NCBI GenBank assembly: GCA_963700285.1
Contig: CAVOXA010000001.1
Coordinates: 192,001 to 256,000 of the forward strand
Direction: 5' to 3'
Source of the DNA: an uncultured Chloroflexia bacterium
GTDB taxonomy: Bacteria > Chloroflexota > Anaerolineae > JAAYZQ01
Length of the DNA: 64,000 bases
Shown here: positions 55,009 through 64,000 of the stretch, piece by piece
Position numbering within the stretch: position 1 is the stretch's first letter
Layout: every line of letters starts with the position of its first letter
The notes under the pieces: model-generated
Databases searched by the model: none
Seen by the model: the letters and a program-made list of their open reading frames with translations, nothing else
Told to the model about the DNA's origin: nothing
Program-made: the position numbers and the translations under genes

Positions 55009-57126
55009 ATGTTTTCAAACAAGAAATTGGCGATCCTCGTCGTCTTGATGATGATCGCTCCTATGGTGTTGGCCGCCTGCGGCGCTACCCCCGAGCCGCA
55101 GGTAATCATCCAGACCGTGCCCGTCGAGGTCACCAAGATCATCGAAAAAGAGGGCGAGAAGGTCACCATCATCGAGACCCAGATCGTTGAGGTCGAAGAG
55201 CACGGTCGAGGTCGAGAAGGTGGTCGAGGTCACCGCGGTGCCCGAGGAAGCGGCTCCCGCAGGCCCGGCCGTGGCACCCGACCCCGACACCTACACCTTT
55301 GTCACCTTTGGCGACATCGATACCATGGACCCCAACCTGGCCTACGATACCGCCAGCGCGGCCCTGATCCTGAACGTTATGGAAGGCCTGCTCTTCTTCA
55401 ACCGCGAGAACATGACCGAGTACGTGCCGGTGCTGGCCACCGAGATCCCCACCGTGGAGAACGGCGGCATCTCTGAGGATGGCATGACCTACACCTTTAA
55501 CATCCGCGAGGGCGTCAAGTTCCACAACGGCAACGACCTGACCCCCAGCGACTTTGAGTACACCTTTGAGCGCGGCCTGATGCAGTCGGACGTCAACGGC
55601 CCGCAGTGGCTGCTCATCGAGCCGCTCATGGGCTATGCCATCCGGCGACATCACCGAGGAGATTGGCGACGGCGCGTACGCCGGCGACCCCGAGGGGCTG
55701 CGGGCCAATGCCACGCCCGAAGAGCTGATGGCCGTCTGCGAGAAGGCCAAGGCCTCGGTCGAGGCCGATGACGAGGCCGGCACGCTGACCTTCAACCTGG
55801 CCCAGCCGTGGGGACCCTGGCTGGCCACCCTGGCCCAGTCCTGGGGCGCGGCCATGGACAAGGAATGGGCCATAGAGAACGGCGCCTGGGACGGTACCTG
55901 CGAGACCTGGGTGGACCACTATTCGCCAGGAGCTGAGAACACACCCCTGGGCTCGGTCATCAATGGTACCGGCCCCTACAAGCTGGACTACTGGACGCCC
56001 GGACGAGGAGTGGGTCCTGACCGCCAACGAGGACTACTGGCGGGCAGAAGGGCGACGAGATGTGGCCCGGCGGCCCCAGCGGCGTGCCCCGGATCAAGCG
56101 CATCGTTCAGCAAGCTGGTGGACGAGTGGGGCACCCGCTTTGCCATGCTGCAGGCTGGCGACGCCGAGAACGTAGCCGTTCCCGCGGCCAACCGGCCCCA
56201 GGTGGACGAGTTCGTGGGCGAGGTCTGCGACTATGAGACCAACGAATGCACGCCCACCGACAACCCCGACGCACCCTTGCGCAAGTGGGGTAACCTGCCC
56301 AGTGTGAGCCGCACCAATGTGTTCATGAACTTTGACCTGAGCCAGGAAGAGGGCACCAACCCCTACATCGGCAGCGGCCAATTGGACGGCAACGGCATTC
56401 CGCCCGACTTTTTCAACGACATCCACGTCCGCAAGGCGCTCAACTACTGCTTCGACTATGATACCTTTATCGCCGACGCCCAGAACGGCGAGGGCATCCG
56501 CAACAACGGCCCCATCATCTACGGCATGCTGGGCTACAACGAGGACGGCCCGATGTACGAGTACGACCTGGAGAAGTGCGAGGCAGAGCTGGCCGCAGGC
56601 CTGGGACGGCGTGCTGCCCGAGACCGGCTTCCGCTGTCCAGATGGCCTACAACACCGGCAACGTCACTCGCCAGACAGCCTGCTCCATCCTGCAGTCCAG
56701 CCCTGCGCACCATCAACGAGAACTACCAGATCGAGTGCCTGGGCCTGCCCTGGCCGACGATGCTGCGCTCCTTCCGCGCCGGGCAACTGCCCCTGACCGC
56801 CAGCGGCTGGATCGAGGACATCCACGACCCGCACAACTGGGTGCAGCCCTTCACCGTCGGCACCTATGCCGGCCGCCAGAACCTGGATCCGGACTTGAAG
56901 GCACAGTTCCAGGAGTGGTCACCGCTGGCGTGATGGCCGCCGACCCCGCCGAGCGCGAGAAGATCTATGCCGATCTGCAGCAGCTCTTCCACGACACGGC
57001 CATCCAGATCACGCTGTCGCAGGCAGGCAGATACTCGCTACGAGCAGCGCTGGGTGCAAGGACTGGTACTATAACCCGATCCTGTTCGCAGGCTACTTCT
57101 ACGCCTATGACCAGGTCTGTGAATAG
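55009..57126 (+). CDS. Oligopeptide-type ABC substrate-binding lipoprotein (frameshifted)
   Basis: LAAC lipobox, VEVTK linker, REGVKFHNG, GTGPY, HVRKAL. Confidence 0.82.
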
Positions 57127-57147
57127 CAAGTGAGTCTTGCTTAGTCT

Positions 57148-57182
57148 CTTTCCGGCGGGGGCGCATGGCCCCCGCCGGAAAG
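57148..57182. other. Strong stem-loop after the SBP gene (terminator or mRNA stabiliser)
   Basis: CTTTCCGGCGGGGGC-GCATG-GCCCCCGCCGGAAAG. Confidence 0.75.
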
Positions 57183-57208
57183 TCTGTTTTTGAATCGAGG
57201 CAGAACCT

Positions 57209-58279
57209 ATGACTGCTTATATCATCCGGCGTTTGATCCAACTGCCCATCACTGCCCTCGGGGTGACAGTGCTGGTCTTTGCAATGACCATGACCCTCGA
57301 TCCGGTGGAGCGTTCGGCGCTGTACGTCCGCGACATCCCCCACACCGAAGGGGCCATCGACGCCGTCATCCGGCGCTACGGACTGGATGATCCGTTCCAC
57401 GATGCAGTACTGGCGCTGGCTCGTCGGCCGCACGGACCCCGAGACGGGGGAGACGAGTGGGCGGCATCCTGCGCGGTGACTTGGGTTTCTCCCGCACCGG
57501 CCGCGTACCGGTCATGGAGCTTCTCAAGCTGCGCCTGCCCGCGTCGGTGGAGCTTGGCGCTGTGGAGCGTGGTGCCCATCATCGCCGTTGGCGTCTGGTT
57601 GGGGATCCTGGCGGCAAAAAACCACAACAAACTCATCGACCAGGGTGCACGAGTATTCGCCCTGGTCGGTTGGTCCTTCCCTACTTTTGTCTTTGCTCTG
57701 TTGGTGCTCGATGATCTTTTACGCCAAGCTGGGCTGGTTCCCGCCCGGCCGTCTTTCTGACTGGGCCACGCAGGTGGTCATGTCCCCCGAGTTCACGCGC
57801 TATACCAAGATGAACACCCTCGACGCCATGTCTGAATTTGCGACTGGATATCTTTTGGGACGCGGTGCGCCACCTGGTGCTGCCGGTCATCACCCTGTGC
57901 TACATCCAGTGGGCCATGCTGCTGCAGGCTGACCCGCTCCTCGATGCTCGAGGCCCTGGGACAGGACTATATGACCACGGCCCGGGCCAAGGGCCTGCCC
58001 GAAAGGACCGTGGTCAACCGGCACGCGCTGCCCAACGCCCTCATCCCGGTGGTCACCGTCGGCGGGCTGACGGTGGTGGGCTTGATCAGCGGCGTGGTCA
58101 TCGTCGAGACCGTGTTCAACTAGCCCGGTATGGGAGCGGCGGCCGCGGCGGCGGCCCAAAGCCTCGACGTGCTGACGGTGGTGGCCTTTACGCTGTTCAG
58201 CGCAATCCTGCTGATCGTGGCCAACCTGCTGATCGATATCCTGTATGCTTTCCTGGATCCGCGCGTCCGTCTGCGTTGA
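57209..58279 (+). CDS. oppB: ABC permease OppB-like (frameshifts and an internal TAG)
   Basis: [34 protein letters not shown]. Confidence 0.82.
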
Positions 58280-58327
58280 TCGCGCTTGTTATAACCTGTT
58301 CGTGGTTCTATCTGAGTGAGGTGTTGA

Positions 58328-59400
58328 ATGACGAGTGAGTCGATTGCTGCGCGGGAAACCCCGGGAGAGCGGATCCTTGAGCGGCAGGACATTACCGATT
58401 GGGCCCTGCCCGAACTGACGGGCCTGCGCAAGCTGCTGGGACCGGAGTGGTATCGCCTGTTGCGGGGGGTGGTCACCAACCCGCTGTCTGTGGCCGGGCT
58501 GATCATTGTGACGGTCTTTATCCTGATGGCCGTCTTTGCCCCTGCGCTGGCGCCGCCCCTTGCTGTGGCCGGCGATCCCTACCTCATCCCCCGCGATGGC
58601 TTTGGCCCCGAGCCCCAGCCGCCTGGCACGTGTGTGGAAGCGGGAGGTGCCCGCCCTTCCCTTCTGGTACGAAGCCCCTTACGGGCAGAGACGACTGGGT
58701 GCACCTGATGGGCACCACCAGCGGCCAGTTTGATATCTGGTATGGCGTCGTCTGGGGCACGCGCACGGCGCTCTTTGCCGGCATCGTGGTCACCGTCGTC
58801 ACCGTGACCATTGGGCTCATCGTGGGCTCCATATCGGCCTTTTACGGCGGTTGGCTGGACGACATCCTGATGCGCTTCACCGAGATCTTTATGGCCTTCC
58901 CCTTCTTGCTGGCCGCGCTCATGCTTTCCTCGCTGCTGGTGCCCAAGTTTGGGCGGAGCATCTGGCCGCCTACCATCGCCCTCATTGTTTTTGGCTGGAT
59001 GCGATACGCCCGCGTCATTCGCGGCGACATCCTGTCGGCCAAGGAGCGTGATTATGTCCTGGCCGGCCGTGTCCTGGGCGTCAAGGACAGCCGCCTGATC
59101 ATGCGCCACATCCTGCCCAACGTCATCTATCCCATCCTGGTGCTGGCCTCCTTCCGCTTGGGCGACGCGGTCCTGTCCTTTGCCGCCCTCAGCTTCCTGG
59201 GCGTCGGCACCCAGATCGGCTACGCCGACTGGGGCCAGATCATCAGCTTTGCCCGGGACTGGATCCTGAGCCTGGATACGCACTGGTGGATCATTGTTTT
59301 CCCAGGCGTGGCCCTCATCGTCTTTGGCCTGGGCTGGAACCTGATCGGCGATGCCCTGCGCGACATCCTGGATCCGAGGTTACGCGGCGAACGGGGGTAG
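58328..59400 (+). CDS. oppC: ABC permease OppC-like (frameshifted)
   Basis: HLMGT, HILPN, LSFLGVG, GDALRDILDP. Confidence 0.85.
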
Positions 59401-59403
59401 CTC

Positions 59404-61164
59404 ATGTGGCCGGCTGTGGATGCCTCCGAGCGTGAGGTCGAGGAGCGCAGGCTTTCCCTGAGACTTGGTTTGCTCAACGGCCTGCTCATTGGCCTGGCGT
59501 TGGCGTTGGGAGTTTGGGCTTCCGACGCCGTTTTTTTGAGCACGAGTCACGTACGGCTGACAACGCCCAGCCTGCTCTTGGGCGCGATAGCCCTGACCCT
59601 GCTGGGAGGGATTGCTGGCTGGCTGGCTGCTTGGGCTGGCCGCGCCTGGGCAAGCGCCCTTATCTGGATCGCTGCCGCGGTCCTTATGGTTCGGGTCATC
59701 GGCCACGTCCCCTACGATGGCCGCACGCTGACCGTGTGGGTCGCCGATCGCCGTTCCTGGGGCATGCCCATCTATCCCTTCAGCGATGCTGCCGCCGTCG
59801 GCGTATTCATGGCCGGTTTTTTCATCGTACTCTTGCTGGCCTTCCTGGGCCTCTTGCAGCCTTACCGGCTGGAGGGCGCCTCCAGCGAGACGGAAGCCGG
59901 GGGACGGCTCGGGGCCTTGGGTTGGTTTCGATTGCTGCTTCCCCTACCGCTGGTGCTGGCCGTGGGGCTGATCGCCGACGGCATGGTCAACAAGCCCCTG
60001 CGCGTGGCTCCCCAGTTGGTATACGAGGCCATACGTACTGGACGCACCTACGCCGGCGACCTCTTTGAGCTTAGCCTGGAGCGGAAGGTCAACTATAACG
60101 CAATCTCTGGCGTCCGCGACCAGATGAGCGAGGATTATTCCCTGTCCATTGGTTCGGTGGACCTGGGAGTGAGTGATACTGTCTTTGTCGTGGCCGATTT
60201 TGACAATGGCGCCTGGATCGTCTGCCGGGTGGTGGCCGAGCAGATCTCTTTTTGCTTTGATGCCAGCCGGCCCTACATGGAAGGTCTCCCGGCCCTGATC
60301 ATGTCGGGTGAGACGCCGGAGGACTGTCCGCAGTGCAAGTTCAGCATCGATGATGAGCAACGAGCCTGGCTCCTGTCTCGGGCGGATCAGTTTGCCGGGC
60401 CGCCCGGCGTCACCCGTTTGGCCCAGTGGGGCAGTTACGTTCTGGTACAGGCCGAGGCGCCCGACGGCAAGTACGCGATGGAGTGCCTCTTTGAAGGGCT
60501 CAGCCCGGTGCGCCTGCAGCGCTGTTGGGAGGTAGAGACGAGGGAATTATCCTCATCCCAGGTTGGGGTCCCACCATCAGGTGGGGTCCCGCCCGATGGT
60601 GGGGTCCCGCCTGATGGTGGGGGTGCAGCTTCTGCTTCCGGTGAATTGGGCCCCGGTGCTCAGGTGAGTTTTGCTGCGGCTCGCCTGGAAAGTGCAATGT
60701 GGGACCCGGTGGACCGCCTGGGCCCGCCCGCCATGTCTGATCCGCCTACACAGGTCGAGTTGGGCCACTATGCCTACTATATAAGCTGCATGGTCTGCCA
60801 TGGAGATCAGGGGCAGGGACTTGAGGAGTGGCGCAAGCTTCTTCCCGAGGAAGACCAGAATTGCTGGCAATCGCGCTGCCACGCTGCCAATCACCCACCC
60901 GACGGATTCCAACTGCCCCGCTACGCCCCGCCAGTGATTGGACCTGGAACCCTGGCGCGCTTTCAGACGGCTGCGGAACTATACGAGTACGTCGAGACCG
61001 ATATGCCCTGGCAAGCGCCCGGCATCCTGGCCAGTGAGGAGTACTGGCAGATCACGGCGTACCTGCTCCAAGCCCATGGGACGGATCCTGGCCATGAACC
61101 TCTGACCTTGGAACAGGCTGTGCAACTAACCCTCGATGCCGCGGCGCCAGGCGCCGCCCCTTGA
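59404..61164 (+). CDS. Multi-TM membrane protein with a Cys-containing extracytoplasmic region and C-terminal c-type cytochrome domain
   Basis: About 5 hydrophobic helices, CPQC, CMVCH heme motif, CWQSRCH, distal MPW. Confidence 0.72.
   Translation: MWPAVDASEREVEERRLSLRLGLLNGLLIGLALALGVWASDAVFLSTSHVRLTTPSLLLGAIALTLLGGIAGWLAAWAGRAWASALIWIAAAVLMVRVIGHVPYDGRTLTVWVADRRSWGMPIYPFSDAAAVGVFMAGFFIVLLLAFLGLLQPYRLEGASSETEAGGRLGALGWFRLLLPLPLVLAVGLIADGMVNKPLRVAPQLVYEAIRTGRTYAGDLFELSLERKVNYNAISGVRDQMSEDYSLSIGSVDLGVSDTVFVVADFDNGAWIVCRVVAEQISFCFDASRPYMEGLPALIMSGETPEDCPQCKFSIDDEQRAWLLSRADQFAGPPGVTRLAQWGSYVLVQAEAPDGKYAMECLFEGLSPVRLQRCWEVETRELSSSQVGVPPSGGVPPDGGVPPDGGGAASASGELGPGAQVSFAAARLESAMWDPVDRLGPPAMSDPPTQVELGHYAYYISCMVCHGDQGQGLEEWRKLLPEEDQNCWQSRCHAANHPPDGFQLPRYAPPVIGPGTLARFQTAAELYEYVETDMPWQAPGILASEEYWQITAYLLQAHGTDPGHEPLTLEQAVQLTLDAAAPGAAP
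60562..60624 (+). repeat. 18-bp coding repeat (G-G/V-G-V-P-P-x unit, about 3 copies) in an interdomain linker
   Basis: GTTGGGGTCCCACCATCA, GGTGGGGTCCCGCCCGAT, GGTGGGGTCCCGCCTGAT. Confidence 0.8.
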
Positions 61165-61463
61165 GATTTCGCCAAGTATCAAATCCGGCTGCTGGGATCT
61201 GACATTCTTGCCATCGTGTTGGATGGGGTGGATTTCGGGATGCGAGCCCTCGATAGCCTGTAGCAGAGTCTCCGGACTGAGACCATTTGCCAGCGCGGCG
61301 GCGATCACGGCGCCGGCGCTGGTCCCCACATAGATATCGAGGTCGTTGACCGTACGATCCACCAGCAGATCATCGATGGCCCGCAGGGCGCCAATCTCGT
61401 ACACTGCGCCCGCAAGCCCGCCGCTGGCCAATACCAAAGCTACCTTGCTATTTTCGCGCCCAT
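61126..61463 (-). pseudogene. Truncated patatin-like phospholipase
   Basis: ALVLASGG and GTSAG present, catalytic DGG half missing; runs into the 3' end of the convergent gene. Confidence 0.75.
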
Positions 61464-61598
61464 GGAAACCTTCCCTTTGATCCTTTATCTCTGGGCAGTC
61501 ATTTCTGTACGCATCAAGATCTGGTGGCTTGAGCCCACCGCCATTCTAGCAGGCAATGCTTTCACCGTCAAATCCTGATAATTGGCCCTGTTCGCCTT

Positions 61599-61627
61599 TT
61601 GGCAAGAGGATTGGGCTGTGTTATACT
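61599..61627 (+). promoter_or_regulatory. sigma70 promoter giving a probable leaderless mRNA
   Basis: TTGGCA-17-TATACT with TGn extension; ATG 61634 begins 7 nt after the -10 box. Confidence 0.6.
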
Positions 61628-61633
61628 CACACC

Positions 61634-62887
61634 ATGGAGAGTGTGAAAGGGACAGTTGTCTTGAAACGCGGCCGCGAAAAACCGGTCCGGAACCACCACC
61701 CCTGGATCTTTTCGGGGGCTGTGGCTCGTGTCGACGGGAGCGTCGAGGATGGCGATTGGGTGCGTGTCGCTGACAGCCGGGGACAATACCTGGCCAGCGG
61801 CTATATCAATCGCCGGTCCCAGATCGTCGTGCGGCTGCTCACCTGGGACGCTGATGAACCTCTGGACACCGGCTTTTGGCGGCGGCGACTGGAGCGATCC
61901 GTTGCGGGTCGCTCCCTCTTGGCTGGCGCCGGCCGGCCCGGTCTAATTGCTACTGGGCTGGATTGCCTGGCCGCCGGTGGCGACGGAGCCGCTCAGACCA
62001 ACGCCTACCGCTTGGTTCATGCCGAAGCCGATGGTTTGCCGGGCCTCATTGTGGATCGCTATGCTGGTTGGCTCGTCATCCAAAGTCTGACCCTGGGCAT
62101 GGCGCGCCAGCAGGAGGATATCGTCGACCTCCTGGCGGAACTCCTGGAACCAATCGGCATCTATGCCCGGGATGACGCTGTTGTACGGCGCAAGGAGGGA
62201 CTGCCCTTGGAGAACGGCCTGCTCTGGGGTACAGAGCCCCATGATCTGGTAGAGATCGCCGAGTGTGGGAATCGCTTCCTGGTGGACCTGAGACATGGGC
62301 ACAAGACAGGCCTCTACCTGGATCAGCGGGAGAATCGTCTGCGAACGGCGGCCTATTGCCCTGGTGCAGACGTGCTGAATGCCTTTTCCTACACGGGAGG
62401 GTTTGGGATCTATGCCGGCCGGGCTGGGGCGCGGTCTGTGACCAATGTTGACACATCTGTGGACGTGCTGGCCTTGGCTGAAGAGAACCTGGCCCTCAAT
62501 GGCTGCCCGGAGCAGGAGCTTGTCGCCGGGGACAGTTTCCAAGTACTCCGTCACTTTCGTGATGAGGGGCGCAGCTTTGACCTGGTGATCCTCGACCCTC
62601 CCAAGTTTGCCGCCTCTCAAGCCCAGGTACAGGGCGCCGCGCGGGGCTACAAAGACGTGAATCTCCTGGCCATGCAGCTATTGCGGCCCGGTGGGCTTCT
62701 GGTGACCTTTTCTTGCTCTGGTTTGGTGAGCTCTGATCTATTCCAAAAGATCGTTTTCGGCGCCAGCGTGGACGCCGGCCGCGATGTGCAGATCATTGAA
62801 CAGTTGGCCCAGGGCCCGGATCACCCGGTGCTGCTCGCCTTCCCCGAGTCGGCATACCTGAAAGGCCTAGCCTGCAGGGTTTGGTAG
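61634..62887 (+). CDS. rlmI: RlmI-like 23S rRNA m5C methyltransferase
   Basis: HPWIFSG PUA domain, EADGLPGLIVDRY, GHKTGLYLDQREN, FSYTGGF, LDPPKF, FSCSG, YLKG. Confidence 0.88.
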   Translation: MESVKGTVVLKRGREKPVRNHHPWIFSGAVARVDGSVEDGDWVRVADSRGQYLASGYINRRSQIVVRLLTWDADEPLDTGFWRRRLERSVAGRSLLAGAGRPGLIATGLDCLAAGGDGAAQTNAYRLVHAEADGLPGLIVDRYAGWLVIQSLTLGMARQQEDIVDLLAELLEPIGIYARDDAVVRRKEGLPLENGLLWGTEPHDLVEIAECGNRFLVDLRHGHKTGLYLDQRENRLRTAAYCPGADVLNAFSYTGGFGIYAGRAGARSVTNVDTSVDVLALAEENLALNGCPEQELVAGDSFQVLRHFRDEGRSFDLVILDPPKFAASQAQVQGAARGYKDVNLLAMQLLRPGGLLVTFSCSGLVSSDLFQKIVFGASVDAGRDVQIIEQLAQGPDHPVLLAFPESAYLKGLACRVW

Positions 62888-62916
62888 CGCTCATTTGGGA
62901 AGCGGAGGGATAGCCG

Positions 62917-63516
62917 ATGATTAGCTTGCAGGATGCCGTACAGTCGATTCTCAGACATCCGACGCCGGAGGCGCTGGTGGCGCTCCAGGGTGCGCTGCTG
63001 GCCCTGAGTCAACAGGATGCGGCCGTGGACGAAACCCTCAAGATCGCTGGACAGTTCCACGCCTATCTCGGTGATCTACAGAGCAAGATCACTGCCAGGA
63101 ACTATAGTGAGTTGGCTTCGCGCCTGGATATCGGTGCAGTGGGGGCCGTGGCCCTGGAAAATGTGTTCGCCGCCGAGGGGGAAGACTTTTGGCAGAGGCT
63201 CTTTATGGGTGGGCTGGCCGAGATCCTGATGGTGGCTGCCAGCCGCCAGTATGTCAAGGGCTGGGAGACTGAGACTGGGCTGGTCCACACGCAATCCGTC
63301 TGGTTCCTGTCCGAGGCGCTGTGGAACGCCTCAGCCGGCACGCAGCCTGGTCTGCCGCCAGACCAGCGCTGGCAGGCCATCCAGTCCTTGCTGGCCCCCG
63401 CCGCCGATCCCAGCGTCCCCGCCTCGGACAAGGCCGTTCTGCTGGGGCGCGTGTTCCAGATCCTGCTCTTGACCCACCTCGTCCGGCTGTTGCCTGTTGC
63501 CGAATCTGGCAGTTGA
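62917..63516 (+). CDS. Hypothetical helical protein
   Basis: RBS GGAGG, operon position, coding-like codon use. Confidence 0.7.
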   Translation: MISLQDAVQSILRHPTPEALVALQGALLALSQQDAAVDETLKIAGQFHAYLGDLQSKITARNYSELASRLDIGAVGAVALENVFAAEGEDFWQRLFMGGLAEILMVAASRQYVKGWETETGLVHTQSVWFLSEALWNASAGTQPGLPPDQRWQAIQSLLAPAADPSVPASDKAVLLGRVFQILLLTHLVRLLPVAESGS

Positions 63517-63566
63517 TAGCGACCAGCGCCCAACCAGACCGTTCTTGAAAGGTATTCAACCATCGG

Positions 63567-64000
63567 ATGAAAACACAGGAGAACCAAAGACTCAACGATG
63601 CAGCTCGGCATGACCAGAGCCGGCACGATCAGCGCCGGTACGATGCCATCATCTTTGACGTAGGCGGTACCCTCATTGGCTTTCCCAAGTTGGAGCCCTT
63701 TCAGGATTTCTTGGCCCTGGCCAAGTTGCCGGCGGCCGAGGACGATGCCCATGCCTTCCGCCAGCGATTCATCGCCCATGTCGTCGCCGAGCGGGACAAT
63801 GTGCAGGGGCTGGGCGCCGATGAAGGGCCCTTGGATGCCTGGTGGCGCGGCATCTTTGGCCTGACCTGGCCTGACCGGCCTGACCTGGCCGATGAGATGT
63901 ACCAATGGCTGCGCCAGGACCGCTTTGACCGTCTTTTCGCCGATGCGGTGCCAGCTTTGCAGGCCTTGCGGGATCTGGGCATGCCCATGGGCGTTCTCTC
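63567..64000 (+). CDS. HAD-superfamily hydrolase (runs off the window; absent from the ORF track)
   Basis: Open frame from ATG 63567: ..YDAIIFDVGGTLI...LFADAVPALQALRDLGMPMGVL. Confidence 0.8.
   Translation, partial: MKTQENQRLNDAARHDQSRHDQRRYDAIIFDVGGTLIGFPKLEPFQDFLALAKLPAAEDDAHAFRQRFIAHVVAERDNVQGLGADEGPLDAWWRGIFGLTWPDRPDLADEMYQWLRQDRFDRLFADAVPALQALRDLGMPMGVL

Noticed and set aside
58121-58123. In-frame TAG in oppB (FN*PG) as pyrrolysine or stop-codon recoding
   Set aside because: The position is normally Trp or Tyr, one substitution away, in an error-rich block; TAG is a normal stop for many genes here and no pyl genes are visible.

Overview
GC-rich bacterial chromosomal window, probably Chloroflexota/Anaerolineae (inferred from the SHMT-GcvT fusion, Tat/lipoprotein solute-binding proteins and long acidic-tailed S1). 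Several blocks carry many single-base frameshifts typical of an imperfectly polished long-read assembly. Contents from left to right: (1) 0-17 kb, an expanded arginine deiminase island with two arcA genes, arcB, arcC, YfcC- and NhaC-family transporters, ppk2, a P2-like ATPase lacking most canonical Ca2+ ligands, a very acidic Ala-rich protein, and a MalT-like STAND regulator with phased repeats and a small partner gene. (2) 17-22 kb, a CofC-like gene and a ~1200 aa SHMT-GcvT-like-GcvT fusion. (3) 22-32 kb, an uncharacterised C-N catabolic cluster including an apparent amidohydrolase/pseudo-amidohydrolase pair. (4) 32-40 kb, an operon linking an AhpD-like protein, a hybrid kinase, a REC-kinase and a REC-Grx-TrxB-like flavoenzyme without CxxC. 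(5) 40-44 kb, an orphan Mo/W-bisPGD enzyme and a transposase remnant. (6) 44-64 kb, a ~300 nt structured RNA candidate before rpsA, then a DksA/TraR-like gene, glgP, tdh-kbl, a LysM lipoprotein, an Opp-type ABC transporter, a membrane protein-cytochrome c fusion, a patatin remnant, an RlmI-like methyltransferase and a HAD hydrolase. No rRNA, tRNA or CRISPR array was seen. All calls are by eye; no database searches were run.
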